DNA of 64,000 nucleotides from Octopus sinensis (Eukaryota): NCBI RefSeq assembly GCF_006345805.1, contig NC_043002.1, positions 28,706,001 to 28,770,000 of the forward strand, read 5' to 3'. Shown piece by piece: positions 50,494 to 64,000 of this stretch (position 1 is its first letter; each line of letters starts with the position of its first letter). The notes under the pieces were generated by a model. It saw only the letters and a program-made list of their open reading frames with translations, ran no database searches and was not told where the DNA came from. The position numbers and the translations under genes were made by a program.

Positions 50494-51207
50494 GTTTGAA
50501 AAGTAACTCCCTATTTTAAAATACTTATAATTTATTTATTAACTATAATATTTAGAAAAAAAACAATATGTAAAGAAAGTGTATAGCATGGAATTTTATT
50601 TAAAATTTGATATAGGCAATCAGCATTTACCACCAACTTCTGAAGCCGCCTGGGAACCACATCAACTGATTTCATACGGAAATCTTGTGGAATGAAAGAC
50701 ATAACTTCTCGTATTCACCCTTCAAGTGCTTCCAAAGTCATTGTTTTGGTAGAGAAGACTTCCTCCTTTAACCAACAAAAAAAAAACCACAAGAAAAAAA
50801 CAGTCGCAGGGTGTTAAATCAGGGCTTCTGGTCAGCCAGTCATGCGGACCTTGACGACTTGGAAGGATGACCACTTCAAGTATCAGCTACAAATCCTGTA
50901 GTCATGAATTTTGCATGGCAATTCTTGATTATCTTTGCATAAACTTGAGCATGTCTTCCTCTAATGGTCCTTGCACTTGAACAACTGATCTCTAAACTTC
51001 GTAATGTGCAGCTAGCTGAGCACACTCCTGCACAGTAAAACATCCAGCCATGTTTGTAGGGCTTCTAAATTGCGAACAAAATAAACAATCTGAAAAAATA
51101 CAACATGTAATCAATTCCCATACACAACAAATTTGAGAAAAAAATTATAGTTAATAAATAAATTATAAGCATTTTACAATAGGGAGTTACTTTCCAATCA
51201 CCCTGTA
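50489..51207. mobile_element. Non-autonomous Tc1/mariner element
   Basis: TIRs taagggtttgaaaagtaactccctattttaaaa / ttttacaatagggagttactttccaatcaccctgta with TA ends. Confidence 0.82.
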
Positions 51208-52057
51208 TATATATTCTTACTAAGGTGGTTATTCACAATTTAGAACCAATATGCAACAAGTGCAGTTGTCACTAAACTAATGGAGGGTGCTATCGAGCAA
51301 CAGCATTGCTATAAAATTGACTCAAAACATCTCTTATCCACGTGAGAACACTTTTCTCCCTTGTCACCCATTAGAAATGTGTTCTTACGTGTCTAAGTGT
51401 CCTTTTGATCCTTATTTCTAGCAATACTAGTGTCTACGAGTACCCTCCTTCACTTTAGTGACAACTGTATACACACGCACACACACATGCACGAACACAC
51501 ACACGCACATGTATATATATGTGTGTGTTTGTGTGTGCATGTGTGTTTGTGTGTGCGTGTGTGTGCGCGCACGCGCGTTTATCAACTGGATGCGCAATAA
51601 TATATAAAAAAATCGAATGTGTTTTCATAGAATGCCAACGAAAAAAGGGAGATATATATCGAAACACAGATGTCCTTATCAGATCTTCGCTGGAATAGAT
51701 TATTAGACTCTATCTATCGCAATTAGTTATACTCTTATTCGTTCCCATGCCACTATCCTCCATCAACACCCATAACCCACACTCAATACCACTTCTCCCC
51801 CCACTGCCACCAAATCACTACCTCGACCACTTTTAGCACCATCACTACTAACATTAAACATGCGAACATGTAAGGCCGGTACTAACATGTACATAACATA
51901 ATAAAGGATGTATAGCATCCCCATACCCCCCCATATACATGCTGTTCTGACCTAACTATCTCTTTCTCTCTCTATCTTTTTCTTCCTCAATCTGCCTCTG
52001 TCTTTCTCTCTCACTCTATATGTATATACATTTATAGATTATACGTTTGTATACTTG

Positions 52058-52088
<31 letters not shown>

Positions 52089-52093
52089 TGTAT

Positions 52094-52133
<40 letters not shown>

Positions 52134-52669
52134 ATATCTATCTTTCTATCTCTCTTTCTTTCTTTCTTTCTCTCTCTCTCTCTCTCTCTCCTCTCTCTAT
52201 ATATATCTATATATATATATATATATACATATATATACATATATATGCATGTATATGTATGTATACATACATTCGCTCACACGCACGCTCATTCAACCAT
52301 ACACACCTACACACACAACTGGACACAGCAACACTCCTCTCATTAAATATAGAGGACACACCATCTCCATTTCATACCCGTTCAAATCTAATATAATTTC
52401 CACGCCAGTATTCGTCACTAATGCAAATGAAATGAAATGTAATGTATTATACGGGCTTTTTTCCCCCTCAAGACGTAACATCTCTGGTATTGTTTCTAAC
52501 AGATAGGAGGTGGATAGCTTTTAAGATAAACCGAGTGCATGTGCCGAACATCTGAAATACTGCTTTCACTTCATATCTTAATTCCCCAAACACAAGATGG
52601 TTATTAAGAATAATAAATCTGAAGACACTAGGCATATCTCCTTATCTTTGTATTTCATTCAAACATACA

Positions 52670-52718
<49 letters not shown>

Positions 52719-53033
52719 ACGGATATTCAGACATACATATACCTGTACACAGACATGTAAACGTATACATACACAGATTAGTGCATATACGGAAAAGCAG
52801 AGAAATATATGCATACAACCTTAGAAACACACACACATATATGTATATATATGTACGTGATTATGCATATATGCACATGTACGTATGTATGCATATACAT
52901 ATGTATCTATGCATGAATATATATATATACATATATATATATGTGTATATATATATATGTATTATATATGTATATATACATATGTATGTATATATATATA
53001 TATATTATATATACATTTATATATATTATATTT

Positions 53034-53090
<57 letters not shown>

Positions 53091-53758
53091 TATGTATAAA
53101 TGCGTTGATACAAGCATTCAAACAAGCTTTTATTAATCTCCATGCAGTTTGCACAACATACTGCTTCCATTCATTCCGAGATATATAGCTACCAACATAT
53201 TTTGATATCTAAAAGAGATAATCATAACATTAAGCCAACAGGGTGTGATAGAAAATAACGGTTATCTCAGATTTGTTTGGATGAAGCAATACCGCACAGC
53301 TTCTTTAAACTCCTTAGTTCATTACGAGAAAACTGTATAATTGTAACTTCGCATTGTTTTAGCTATATTGGAACTGCATCACGTTGCTTTTTCTAAGTAT
53401 GATTTTTAGAGAATCGATTATGAATATTACATATTATTCACATGACAATTTAATGATAGAGTAAATTACTACGATATATATATATATATATATATATATT
53501 TAGATTATGAAGATTTACAAACTTACTTCTCAGTGAAACTCAATATACCCACCATTATAGACAATGCAAAATGTACATTTTCGGTTTTTTCATAATGTGA
53601 TGGTAGTCTTTGGTATAGCAATTGCATGCGGCTGAAGAGAGCTTTAAACTATCTGTTATGTCGATTATACATTGATGTAAGAATAGGTTGTTGTATAAAG
53701 CTTGAAACACGTGTACCGCGACATCCTTTGTGTTCTGTTTTTTATTTCATTTGATGTG

Positions 53759-53816
<58 letters not shown>

Positions 53817-54134
53817 GGCGCACTCCTACTGCATGGCACCTTGGCAAATGTCTTTTACCGTAGCCCCAGATGGCATGAAGAGTGTTGTATACAAATATGT
53901 ATATTTATCTATGTAAGTGTGTCTTTGTATTTATGTTTGTTTCCTCTACCACCCTACCAGCACTTGACAATGGTTGTGGTTTCTTTATATCCTCGGCAAA
54001 TGAGACTGATGGAATAAGTATCAGGCTTGAGAAAATTAAATACTGGAGGGGTTCGGCATATAACTCTTCAAGGAGATGCCTGGTCGTGGCCACAGTTCAA
54101 AGACTGAAACAAGTAAAACAATACACACACCAAG

Positions 54135-54140
<6 letters not shown>

Positions 54141-54216
<76 letters not shown>

Positions 54217-54275
54217 GAGAGAGAGAGATAGCGAAAGAGAGAGGACAGTGAAAGTTGGAGAGAGAGAGAGAGATA
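54141..54275. repeat. (AG)n microsatellite
   Basis: Direct inspection. Confidence 0.97.
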
Positions 54276-55171
54276 GTAAAACACCATGAATTGATACAAA
54301 TATTCCATAGAGCTGCCATCATATGAGCCCTTGGTTACTTCAATATATCCAAGTGCTTGGAGTCCCATAAATTTCACAGCAATTATAATTGCCAGCAAAT
54401 GTGCCTTATATAAGATCCGAATAAGAGAGAGTAAGCGAGTGACTGAAAAATGATCTTCGGTCTCTTCATAAATCTCCCACAACTAAAGTCCATGATCACT
54501 CCACAATGCACCAAGTGGTTTACTTACTACTATTATAATTCAGCACTAATTATCTCAGATTAGTAGATTCTTATCAGTAATTGAACATTTCCATTCTCGT
54601 CTCCCCACATCCCAACTGATAGAAAATCCTATTGATCTTCAGTAAAAAGAGCATCGATTGACTTTTCCGAATCCTTTTATTCAAAATTTCTCATCTAAGT
54701 TGTTCTATTTGCATCATTCCAGCTGAGTCTGTTTCCACTATGCGAATATCTTTTAGCTTTCCTACACCACAGCATTCAATAAAATGAAGCCAACGAGAAA
54801 ATCTCTGTAACGTAGCTCTGTCTGCTGGAAATACCAGCGAAATCTTCTTCCCATCATAACAAACATTGTATTTAATTAACTGATCAGCGACTCCTTTCCG
54901 CGCTTCACTAATGGCGCCTTAACCACTACACATGCGCAAATTATTTACCTGTTCTTATGTCTGTAGTCTATGAAGATCGTGTTCAACAGAAATACATACT
55001 AAATGTTTGGAAACATGTTACAAAATATTTCATTTTCATTTAGATCTACATCTCTCAATCTATTAACTACAGATCTTTCTCCCCAACTTGTAATGTAGCT
55101 GTTAATATCACCTTCATGGTTTCATTTCCCCCCTCATCATGGATTATAGTAATGATTTAAACGTAATTACT

Positions 55172-56019
55172 TATAGAGTCTGACAAACGAGTATCCGGAC
55201 TGTTGCTATAGTAACAAAGCTAAGGTACGCAGAGTAAAGTCGCTTCGAACAGATTGACCTTGAACTCTCCTGTGCAGGCGAATTAAGCTTTAACGTTTTA
55301 GCGCACTTTCGCTGTTTATGGAAAGAAGGTGTGTAGCGTGTGTTCGTTGCATTGACAATGACATAGAAAGTTGTCATGGTGATGCCTGCTTACAGGCCTA
55401 CCCATAGTTGCAGAAAGAGTATGAAGAGGAGTGTATGAGCCACATACTAGAGTACGAGCTTTTAAAACGTTTCCAAGATGGCTGAAAAATTTCAATGTTG
55501 ACGAACGTTCTGGGAGACAAACAACCAGCAGAACTGAAAAAAACATCTCACGTGCGCGTGCAACTGTGAAAGGAAATCGTCGAATCACCATCTGTGAGTT
55601 ATCAGAGGATGTGAAGATTAGTTGTGGGTCACTTCATTTCATTATCACTAAAGATTTGAGTATGAGAAACGTGTCTGCTGATCAAAGTGACGCTCGAGTT
55701 TCAGTTGTACAAGATCTCCTTGATTGTGTTGAGAACGTTAAAAATTCTTTGAAAATTTTGCGTAGACCGCTGAGCAAAATTTTGACAAAATTTGATGCAG
55801 ATTCTCTGTTCATCTTCCTCTGTCATAGCCAATGCGATGATCACACTCTGCTCATCCGTCCAAGCAATGTTGTAAACAGCAGAAGTGAGCTAGAATGTTA
55901 AAACTTAGTACGTATGCGCAACAAAGTTCAAAGTCAGTCAGTGTCAAACGGTTTCACTTAGCCTACTTTAGCTTCGTTACTATGGCAACAGTCCGGATAC
56001 TTATTGATTCGATCACGTA
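55172..56019 (+). mobile_element. Internally deleted mariner element
   Basis: TIRs containing agtatccggactgttgc(t/c)atagtaac; ORF 55431-55901 is a transposase HTH region (DERSGRQTTSRT...KGNRRITICELSE...KDLSMRNVSA) with no catalytic domain. Confidence 0.88.
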
Positions 56020-56849
56020 TTCTTTACCGCTGGTCAATTGCTGACAGCGTAGTTGTTGATAAGTGTTAGCTTTCATCGGAAGGTTTCTGCTCAACAAAAC
56101 TTTTGCTGAGGTCTCTGATCCATAGTCTATCAACTAAGACATTTCCAAAAGTTCGGTTATACATTATACATGCTTATTTTCGTATATTAACATACATGCT
56201 TTCACTCCGAAAAAATATACACTTCTATGCAGTTCACGACAACTTCACACCTTAACATTAGTATCCATGTATATAAACCCAGCTATCTCATACCAGCCGC
56301 CTTGCACTGCATCCATCAACCAAGAGCTCAGCAACATCATTCAATGATGGTATATGATATCTTTCAAAGGTATCTTACATTAATTACGGTACAAATCAAC
56401 GTAATGTTGTGATAAGTTACCTCACGTCATCAGCAAAATATATTTACAAACATAGAATTCATCTGACATGAATTATATGAGTTTTAAGCTTTACAAAATG
56501 CATAAGGCGTCATCAGTTTTGCACCATCATGGAGTTTTGTGTAAGAAAACTCCACTAAAATCCCACTGACATATGTGTAACGGTACTACAGCCGGTCCAC
56601 AGACAAATATCATACACTTCATTCAAAAGGATACCACCCCATTGGTTGAAAGAGCCTCTCAACAACACACTATATCAAATAGAACACGAACGCACTATTT
56701 CTTATATTTGCCTCTTTTGTTACTTCTACAAGTCAATGATTTAAGGGAAGACATGATCATGAGAAGAGGTAGGTCAACGTTAAAAGGAAAAATAATTGGG
56801 CTTAGGTTGTTGAATACAACGTATTGAAAAGAGAAAGTGAGTCGGGTGT

Positions 56850-57300
56850 CTCAGTAGTGGCCACAAGGAAATGGCACAAAACTACTTAGCTTCTAGAAGG
56901 AGAAGCCTTTGCAAAAATTGGTAGAAAAGAAGAGGGAAGAGACGATATATCTGTCTGGTGGAGCAGCGAGTGTATGTGTTGGCAGTCTTTACCAATTAAA
57001 CCGGTAGCTTTTCGTTGTAAGCTCTATGGGAAATATACGTGTATAGCAGGAGCACCGTTATACGTATATGTTGGAACTGTACTCTATTGTGGGACTGTAA
57101 CCTGGGCCTTAAAGGCGATCAGTAATCGTTGAGGATTGAAGTATGCTCTTGCTCTGAAGGAAAAGGGCACCCTTTGAAATATGCTCTTGGTTACATTAAG
57201 GGCCTGCGCTTGCCATGAGAAATTCTCATAGATAATGAGCCGAGCATTTAAAGCTACCTAGAGTGATAAATTTACTTGCTGTCCATGTTCAAAGGTGGGA
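56850..57300 (+). mobile_element. Possible RTE-like LINE 3' remnant
   Basis: KLYGKYTC...VLYCGTVTW resembles the LY...VLLYGSETW motif; highly degenerate. Confidence 0.35.
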
Positions 57301-57324
57301 TTCTAGCGCTATGCTATATTACTC

Positions 57325-57700
57325 TCTTTACTCTTTTACTTGTTTCACCTTTAGTCGAGCAAATTGATCCCAGGACTTACTCTTTGTAAGCCTAGTACTT
57401 ATTCTATCGGTCTCTTTTGCCGAACCGCTAAGTTACGGGGACGTTATCACACCAGCATCGGTTGTCAAACGATGTTGGGGGACAAAAACAGACACACAAA
57501 CATATACACACACATACATCTATATGCATACATATATACGACGGGCTTCTTTCAGTTTCCGTCTATCAAATCCACTCACAAGGCTTTGATCGGCCCGAGG
57601 ATATAGTAAAATGCACTTGTCCAAGATGCCACCCTGTGGGACTGAGCCCGGAACCATGTAATTCGTAAGCAAGCTACTTACCACACAGCCACTTCTACGT
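57325..57700. repeat. Near-complete copy of an abundant SINE-like interspersed repeat
   Basis: actctttactcttttacttgtttc...gaaccgctaagttacgggg...gggcttctttcagtttccgtctatcaaatccactcacaaggc...cttaccacacagccac. Partial copies at ~5760-5935, 28010-28110, 53810-54120 and 63780-63900. Confidence 0.75.
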
Positions 57701-58399
57701 GGAAATTTTTTCGCTGTTGGAAGAGACAAATGTAATATTATCTTATTGGATATAACAATCCAGTCTTTGCTACTTTACTAGACAACATATATTAACATCA
57801 TATAGTATAGCTATAAACTCAGAAGTTTTACCTACATCAAATAGTATAGTTATAGACCCACATATTCTATACTTTTCCCGGTCTTTGCTGCTCTACCAAC
57901 TGAGATATATTTGCATTACATAGTGTAGCTGGAGACTCAGATGAACCATACTACTCTTGGTCCCATCTTTGTTACATTACCAGCCGTGCCACACTAACAA
58001 CATATTACTAGAAAAGTTGACAGATCTGATAAATGATACTGTTTCTTTAACCATAAGTAGAACTGCAGGGCTAAATAATTTCTTTCAATCTACATTGTTG
58101 TCAGGACAGGAAGAAAACATTTACACAGTTAAAATCTTTATTTAAAGACCTTACTGCGTCCGCACCAGTAATCGATAGATTATCTAGAAACTTTTATTGG
58201 AGAGAGAAATTACAGGCAATCAAACCTCACTGGAACAACATCGACCATATCATTTCTCACAAATAGATTTGCGGGTATAAATAAGCAAGTTGTCTCCCCT
58301 TTCCATGCGAAATCTTTTTATTGCATTTCCTCTGTTTCTTTCCACTTCTGATTACCTAGTTTTCCTGCAGGCTCCGCCTCTCTTTCACTCTGTCACCTA

Positions 58400-58446
58400 G
58401 TTTCTTTCTTTATTTCTTTCGTTCTTTCTTTCGTTCTTTCTTTCGT

Positions 58447-58485
<39 letters not shown>

Positions 58486-58490
58486 GTCTG

Positions 58491-58526
<36 letters not shown>

Positions 58527-58530
58527 TCAA
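58400..58530. repeat. (TTTC)n microsatellite
   Basis: Direct inspection. Confidence 0.95.
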
Positions 58531-58687
58531 ACGTACACATTAAAGTACATATACAATACTACACATATATACGCATGGTCTATTTCACATTCTTACGCAT
58601 CTAAATCTTTATTTTGCTGCATATACATGTATATAATATATATAAATATTATATATATAATATATATATATATATATACATACATAC

Positions 58688-58738
<51 letters not shown>

Positions 58739-58765
58739 TATAAACATATATATATATACTATATA

Positions 58766-58797
<32 letters not shown>

Positions 58798-59059
58798 ATT
58801 ATATAGATAGACAGAGTGAGAGAGGGAGAGAAAGAGAGAGGACATATATAGACATACACATGTAAACATAAATATAAATACATACATACATAACACACAC
58901 ACACACATATCTATAATATATATATGTATATGTTCTTCTTTATTTCTCTCTGTCTATCTATCTCTGTCTCTTTTCTAGTTTTTATTCTTCATTCGGTGGA
59001 CAGTGTCAGGAAAATTATAGACTAGTTCGAATAGAAAAGCTCATTAAATGTTAAAATTG

Positions 59060-59310
59060 ATGATCTTCATCCTGGACCCAGCATTATTGCTATTTAATTT
59101 GCTGGCAAGATTGTTACCAATAATTCCAGTCTGCTTTCTTCAAACTGCCTATTGTGTGTTCCCTCCAAGAATCGTTATGATTGGATAAAGTCCATTTAGC
59201 AAAACTATTTTTGGTAGCTTCTCTCTTCCTCTTTCTCTCTTCAAAAGCTTCTTGCCTCAAAAAGTTTTGGCCACGTCGAGGCTTGGTCTAAGTAGATATT
59301 TGTTTTCATT
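59060..59310 (-). mobile_element. Possible decayed GIY-YIG (Penelope-like) fragment
   Basis: Frames give KTNIYLDQAST and FEERKRKREATKNSFAKWTLSNHNDSW, loosely like YIGQT...EH...NSA.A.H; could instead be an orphan exon. Confidence 0.25.
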
Positions 59311-59547
59311 GTGGTGAGGTGCGTAGTTGTAGCGTGGTGTGATGTTGGTTGTGTAGTGGTGTTGTTGTTGTGACGGTGTCTTGTTTTCTTGGTACGCCAT
59401 TTATTTATTTATTTATTTATCTTATATTTCTATACTTATTTATTCTTTCATTTCCTTCAGAAAATTGCCAATTTCAATACAAGCCATATGTTTTTTGTTC
59501 TCACTAAAAACCGATTTCTCTCACTAATATTGCCTGTCTTTCACGCC

Positions 59548-59579
<32 letters not shown>

Positions 59580-59611
59580 TGTATGTATGTATGTATGTAT
59601 GTATGTATGTA

Positions 59612-59648
<37 letters not shown>

Positions 59649-59698
59649 TTATATTTGTGTGTCTGTGCGTATTCGTATTTGTGTGTGTGTATACATGC

Positions 59699-59750
<52 letters not shown>

Positions 59751-60628
59751 TTTCTTATTATTCCAGGTTTATCCTTTCCGTATCCTTTTAACTTCCTTCC
59801 TGAATCCATCTAGTTTGATTGTGAACAAACGAAGGTATCTGTATAAGGTTTTTTGATCTACTAGAAATAACAGCAACACATTCTTAAATCGCGCCTCTGT
59901 TATTTGAAAAGAACCCAGATTAGATAATGTAGTCTTCTGCATGCTTAAAAGATGAGCTGGTCAAGTTTTTGAAATACATTTTCGTAATGGTTTGCACAAA
60001 AATCAGAGAAAAACAGCGACAATACGAACAATGACAACATCAGTAATAACAGAAACTACAACAACAACAACAACGACATGCTTTATTCTGTAACCACCCG
60101 CTTTGTTTGAAGAAATGTACTTCACCGACATTCCAACACTGATAATTCGAAATCTAAACTTATATTTGGGTTGCAAATTCAAATTCACACGGGGCCAGAC
60201 TAGTTTATTGCTATCTACTGTTTTGCAGAATACATCAATTAGCTTATAAAGTTATACAATAATTTCAATATCTAAGTAGCTTTGATATTTAATAAAGAGT
60301 GTGTGTGACCTTACGTGGTTTGAAAAATCAGAGATGCAGAATGGCTTTGGAAACAAATGTTTCAGAAAGTTGGTGTTGTACTTGTATAAGATTACCTTCA
60401 TCCATGCTAATTCAAAGTCTTTCTGCAAATTGTATCTGACCACCTATTTTTCATATATCTTTTTGTTCTCCAGACGCAAAGAAACTGTTAAGTGATCGCC
60501 TAAGTTGCTACAAATAGCGACCAAATTTTCTTAATATTAGATCGTACTGTCTTAAAATTTGATTCTATGTGTATGTGTGTGTGTGTGTATGTGCGCGCGT
60601 GTATACCTATACTGAATATGCATCCGTA

Positions 60629-60689
<61 letters not shown>

Positions 60690-61128
60690 ATATATATATA
60701 TAATATATATATATTATATATATAATATATAGATATCATATATCTGTATATGAGCATATAAAACAATGACAGAAAAGGAAGAATACACGGAAACTATTGC
60801 ACACAGCGATCGTTTCGACACATCGTGCATCAATCACTCGCGGGTTGAAAAATATACAACTAGTTGTCGAGCATCTCTCGCGCAAAAGCGTCTCCTCGGG
60901 TGACATAATAAGAGGTATCACGTTAAATGAACTCTGTTTCGCTTGGATTTAATACATGTTGTTAGTGTTCGTAGGTTTATGCCATTGGCCAGCGGCTTAT
61001 ATCTACGGTCACTAACGACATGCCAAACACACACGCACATTTATACATACATACATACATACATACATACATACATACATACATACATACATACATACAT
61101 ACATACATACATACATAAATACATACAT

Positions 61129-61167
<39 letters not shown>

Positions 61168-61390
61168 TAGACATGAGAACGTATTTTTATTAACAGGGAC
61201 AGCTTAGCTTAGTGTTACAGAGAGCACAATCGGTATCTGAGTGTTACAGGGTTCGCGATCTTCTCTAGCCACCTGCTAGCAGGTATATACCCGTATTCTA
61301 TGGATATTTATCCAATTTTCCAGGCTGTTTTCATAGCTATCCCACATTCGAAATTTACTTTATTTTCTTTATTTATATATAATATATATA

Positions 61391-61435
<45 letters not shown>

Positions 61436-62275
61436 GTTTGTGTGTCTGTGTGTGTATATATATATATATATATTATATATATATATTATATATATATAAT
61501 ATATACATATATACATATGTATATATCTATAGATACCTATATGTGTGTCTGTGTATACAGAGAGAGTGACAGAGAGAGAAAAGAGAATTTGTGGTACAAC
61601 GGATTTTCCTTTAAGTACTACTAGTGATCTGAAGAGGCTGAAATAAAAGAAGAATGATGGCGTCGAAAGATAATTGAAACCAAACCGTGGCATCTCAGTA
61701 CCAGCGAGAGAACATTTACCTTGTTACTATTGTATGGTGTACGGTATTGTCAGCTAAGACAAAAATCATATATCAAAGCGATTGCAAGTAAGTTTAAGAA
61801 ATTAAGAAAAGTGAGTTTTAATCACTTGAAATCCGGTCTTCAGAATAATGGCCTTCGTTGTAGTCATAATTTGTGTGAAGTGCTGATTGATGGTGGTGAT
61901 GGTGTGTGGATATGGTTGCAGAGTGGAGTGGGGGATGTGTGCGAAGACAAAATAAGACATTTCTCTTCCTTCATGTACACATACATACATACATACATGC
62001 ATGCATACATACATACATACATACATACATACATACATACATACATACATACATACATGTATACACACATGCATAATACACACACACTGTCTCTCACACG
62101 CAAACACACACACACACTGTCTCTCATACATACACATATATGCATGTATATATATATATATATATGAGTGTGTGTTTATCTGTGTGTGCGTGTGTGTGTG
62201 TGTGTGTGAGTGGGAGTGTTTGTGTATGTGTCTTTCTATATTAGATATAATTGTGTGTATCTATCTATCTATCTA

Positions 62276-62320
<45 letters not shown>

Positions 62321-62351
62321 CCTCTATCTCTCTCTCTCTATATATATATAT

Positions 62352-62403
<52 letters not shown>

Positions 62404-63471
62404 TGTAATATATATATATACGCATACATACACGTATAGATTCTCAGATATACATACACACAAAGGAACACTGTAAGATATTAATGACGATCTGGCATGA
62501 TGTTTTGCAGCCAGTTTGCACACGTCTGCAAAACGTCTGCAGCGTTCTTAGCAATAAGCAACGTGAGAAAATACCATTAATTTCCAAAAAGAAGATTTAA
62601 CATTGTATTAAACTGTAACAGTATCTAATTAGATTTTATTGAAATGTACTGCTTCTAAATGTTGAAGATATTGTCGTAGTGGTAGTGGTAGTGGTAGTAG
62701 TAGTAGTAGTAGTAGCAGAAGCAGCACCAGCAGTTCCCGTTATTGTTATTGGTGGTATTTCTGTTGTTCTGGTTATTGTTATTGTTGATGATGATTATGG
62801 CCACGGTGATGGTTCCGCGTGTGAATATGTAAATGTATATGTTTGTGTGTGTGTATGTGTGTGTGTTGAGAAGTAAACAGACTTTGACAGTTGAATGTGT
62901 TTAACTGTACAGGTGTGTATGAAGCTATGAGTGCGTATATGTGTGCGTACGTATACATACGTACATACATGCATGCATACATACACACGTACACACACAG
63001 ATACACATATATATACTATATATATATAAACTTGTACTTATATGCGTATATATGTATTATGTATATGTAAGTATATATCATATATACGATACGTATGTAT
63101 TTATGTGTATAAACATTGTGTTTGACTCATACAGAATAATACAAAATCTACTTTGCGATTTTCATCTACCTGTTAATTTCGTTACCAAAGAAAATGCTAT
63201 TTCTCTCTGTCTGTCTCTCTGTCCGTCTGTCTGTCTGTCTGTCTGTCTGTCTCACTTTCTCTCTCTCTCTCCCTTTCGCTCGCTCGTTCTCCTTTCTCAC
63301 CACCTCAGCCTCTATCAGTCCATCTGTCTATCAATTTATCTAAATACCTATATTCAAGATCCCCATCTATCAGTACATACATACATAAAAACATATATAC
63401 ATGCAAATATACATACATGCATACATACACACAGACACACATACATACATACATGTATGTATGTATGTATG

Positions 63472-63509
<38 letters not shown>

Positions 63510-64000
63510 CCCACTTAATACACAGACATACACATAAATATAAGATCCAGGGGTCATGGTGTAGAAATAAATTTAGCTTCAAGCAATCCGTAGTAAATAT
63601 GAAAACATATATTCAGGGACAATAGTGGTTTATTGAGAAGGAAGGCTGTGGAATGTTTTCGTATCAAAGCACGATAAGCTGAAAACAGTTCTTTTTATAA
63701 TTCACGGTAGACGACCAAGGTTGCCGATTATGCGAATAAGAATACAAGAGTTACGGAATTGAGTTGCCCAGGACTTATCTACTCCATTTCTTAACTCTTG
63801 TAGATATGTCACCTTAGGCAAGTGTCTTCCACTATAGACTCGGACCGATCAAACACTTGTGAGCAAATTTAATAGACGGAGACTGAAAGAAGCCTGTCGT
63901 ATATATATATAAGAAAATAGTAAAGAGTGAAAAAATGACAGAAGGCTTAAATGTTAAAGAATATATATATTTGCGTCAATATGTCTGGAGAATATTGGAA

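Noticed and set aside
54036-54482. 148-aa hydrophobic minus-strand ORF
   Set aside because: About half is translated (CT)n repeat; the remainder has no recognisable motif or supported splice structure.
59455-60495. Possible plus-strand exons (59767-59834 and 60473-60495) giving VYPFRILLTSFLNPSSLIVNKRRRKETVK*
   Set aside because: Acceptor-like tracts are expected by chance next to T-rich microsatellites; there is no recognisable protein and no start.
61720-61790. Plus-strand segment ending tgcaa|gtaagt, resembling an A exon (CTVLSAKTKIIYQSDC)
   Set aside because: Lacks Cys1 and the PD motif, and no partner B exon follows; likely chance.
42907-63625. Dozens of long ORFs rich in YI/IY/CV/HT/ER dipeptides
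   Set aside because: They are translations of (TA)n, (TG)n, (TATG)n and (AG)n microsatellites, not genes.
1-64000. CRISPR arrays, rRNA or true tRNA genes
   Set aside because: None seen; the tRNA-like motifs are SINE heads and the regular repeats are simple microsatellites.

Overview
AT-rich, microsatellite- and transposon-dense eukaryotic DNA. The SINE families look like those of Octopus (cephalopod); this is an inference from recalled repeat sequences. The ORF track is almost entirely microsatellite noise or transposon fragments. The real signal is hidden in 86-100 nt exons on the minus strand between 608 and 40469: a tandem cluster of 8 paralogous gene units (27 exons, all open, all GT-AG, all phases matching). 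They encode 13 complete and one half copy of an unrecognised ~60-aa six-cysteine domain, consensus C-x7-C-x2-A-x3-[YF]P-x3-PD-x3-C-x-R[LI]-x2-Y-x2-CA-x6/7-C-x3-F-x7-C. Each domain is encoded by an exon pair (A: phase 1->2, B: phase 2->1), and units carry 1, 2 or 3 domains. In the one paralog pair counted, the exon is much more diverged than a neighbouring intron block and the changes are almost all non-synonymous, which suggests diversifying selection on a secreted or surface recognition or toxin-like family. I could not locate the start/signal-peptide exons or assign a known family. The rest of the window (41-64 kb) holds decayed LINEs (R4/Dong, CR1/L2, RTE), Penelope, Tc1/mariner elements, SINEs and simple repeats, with no other gene I can support.
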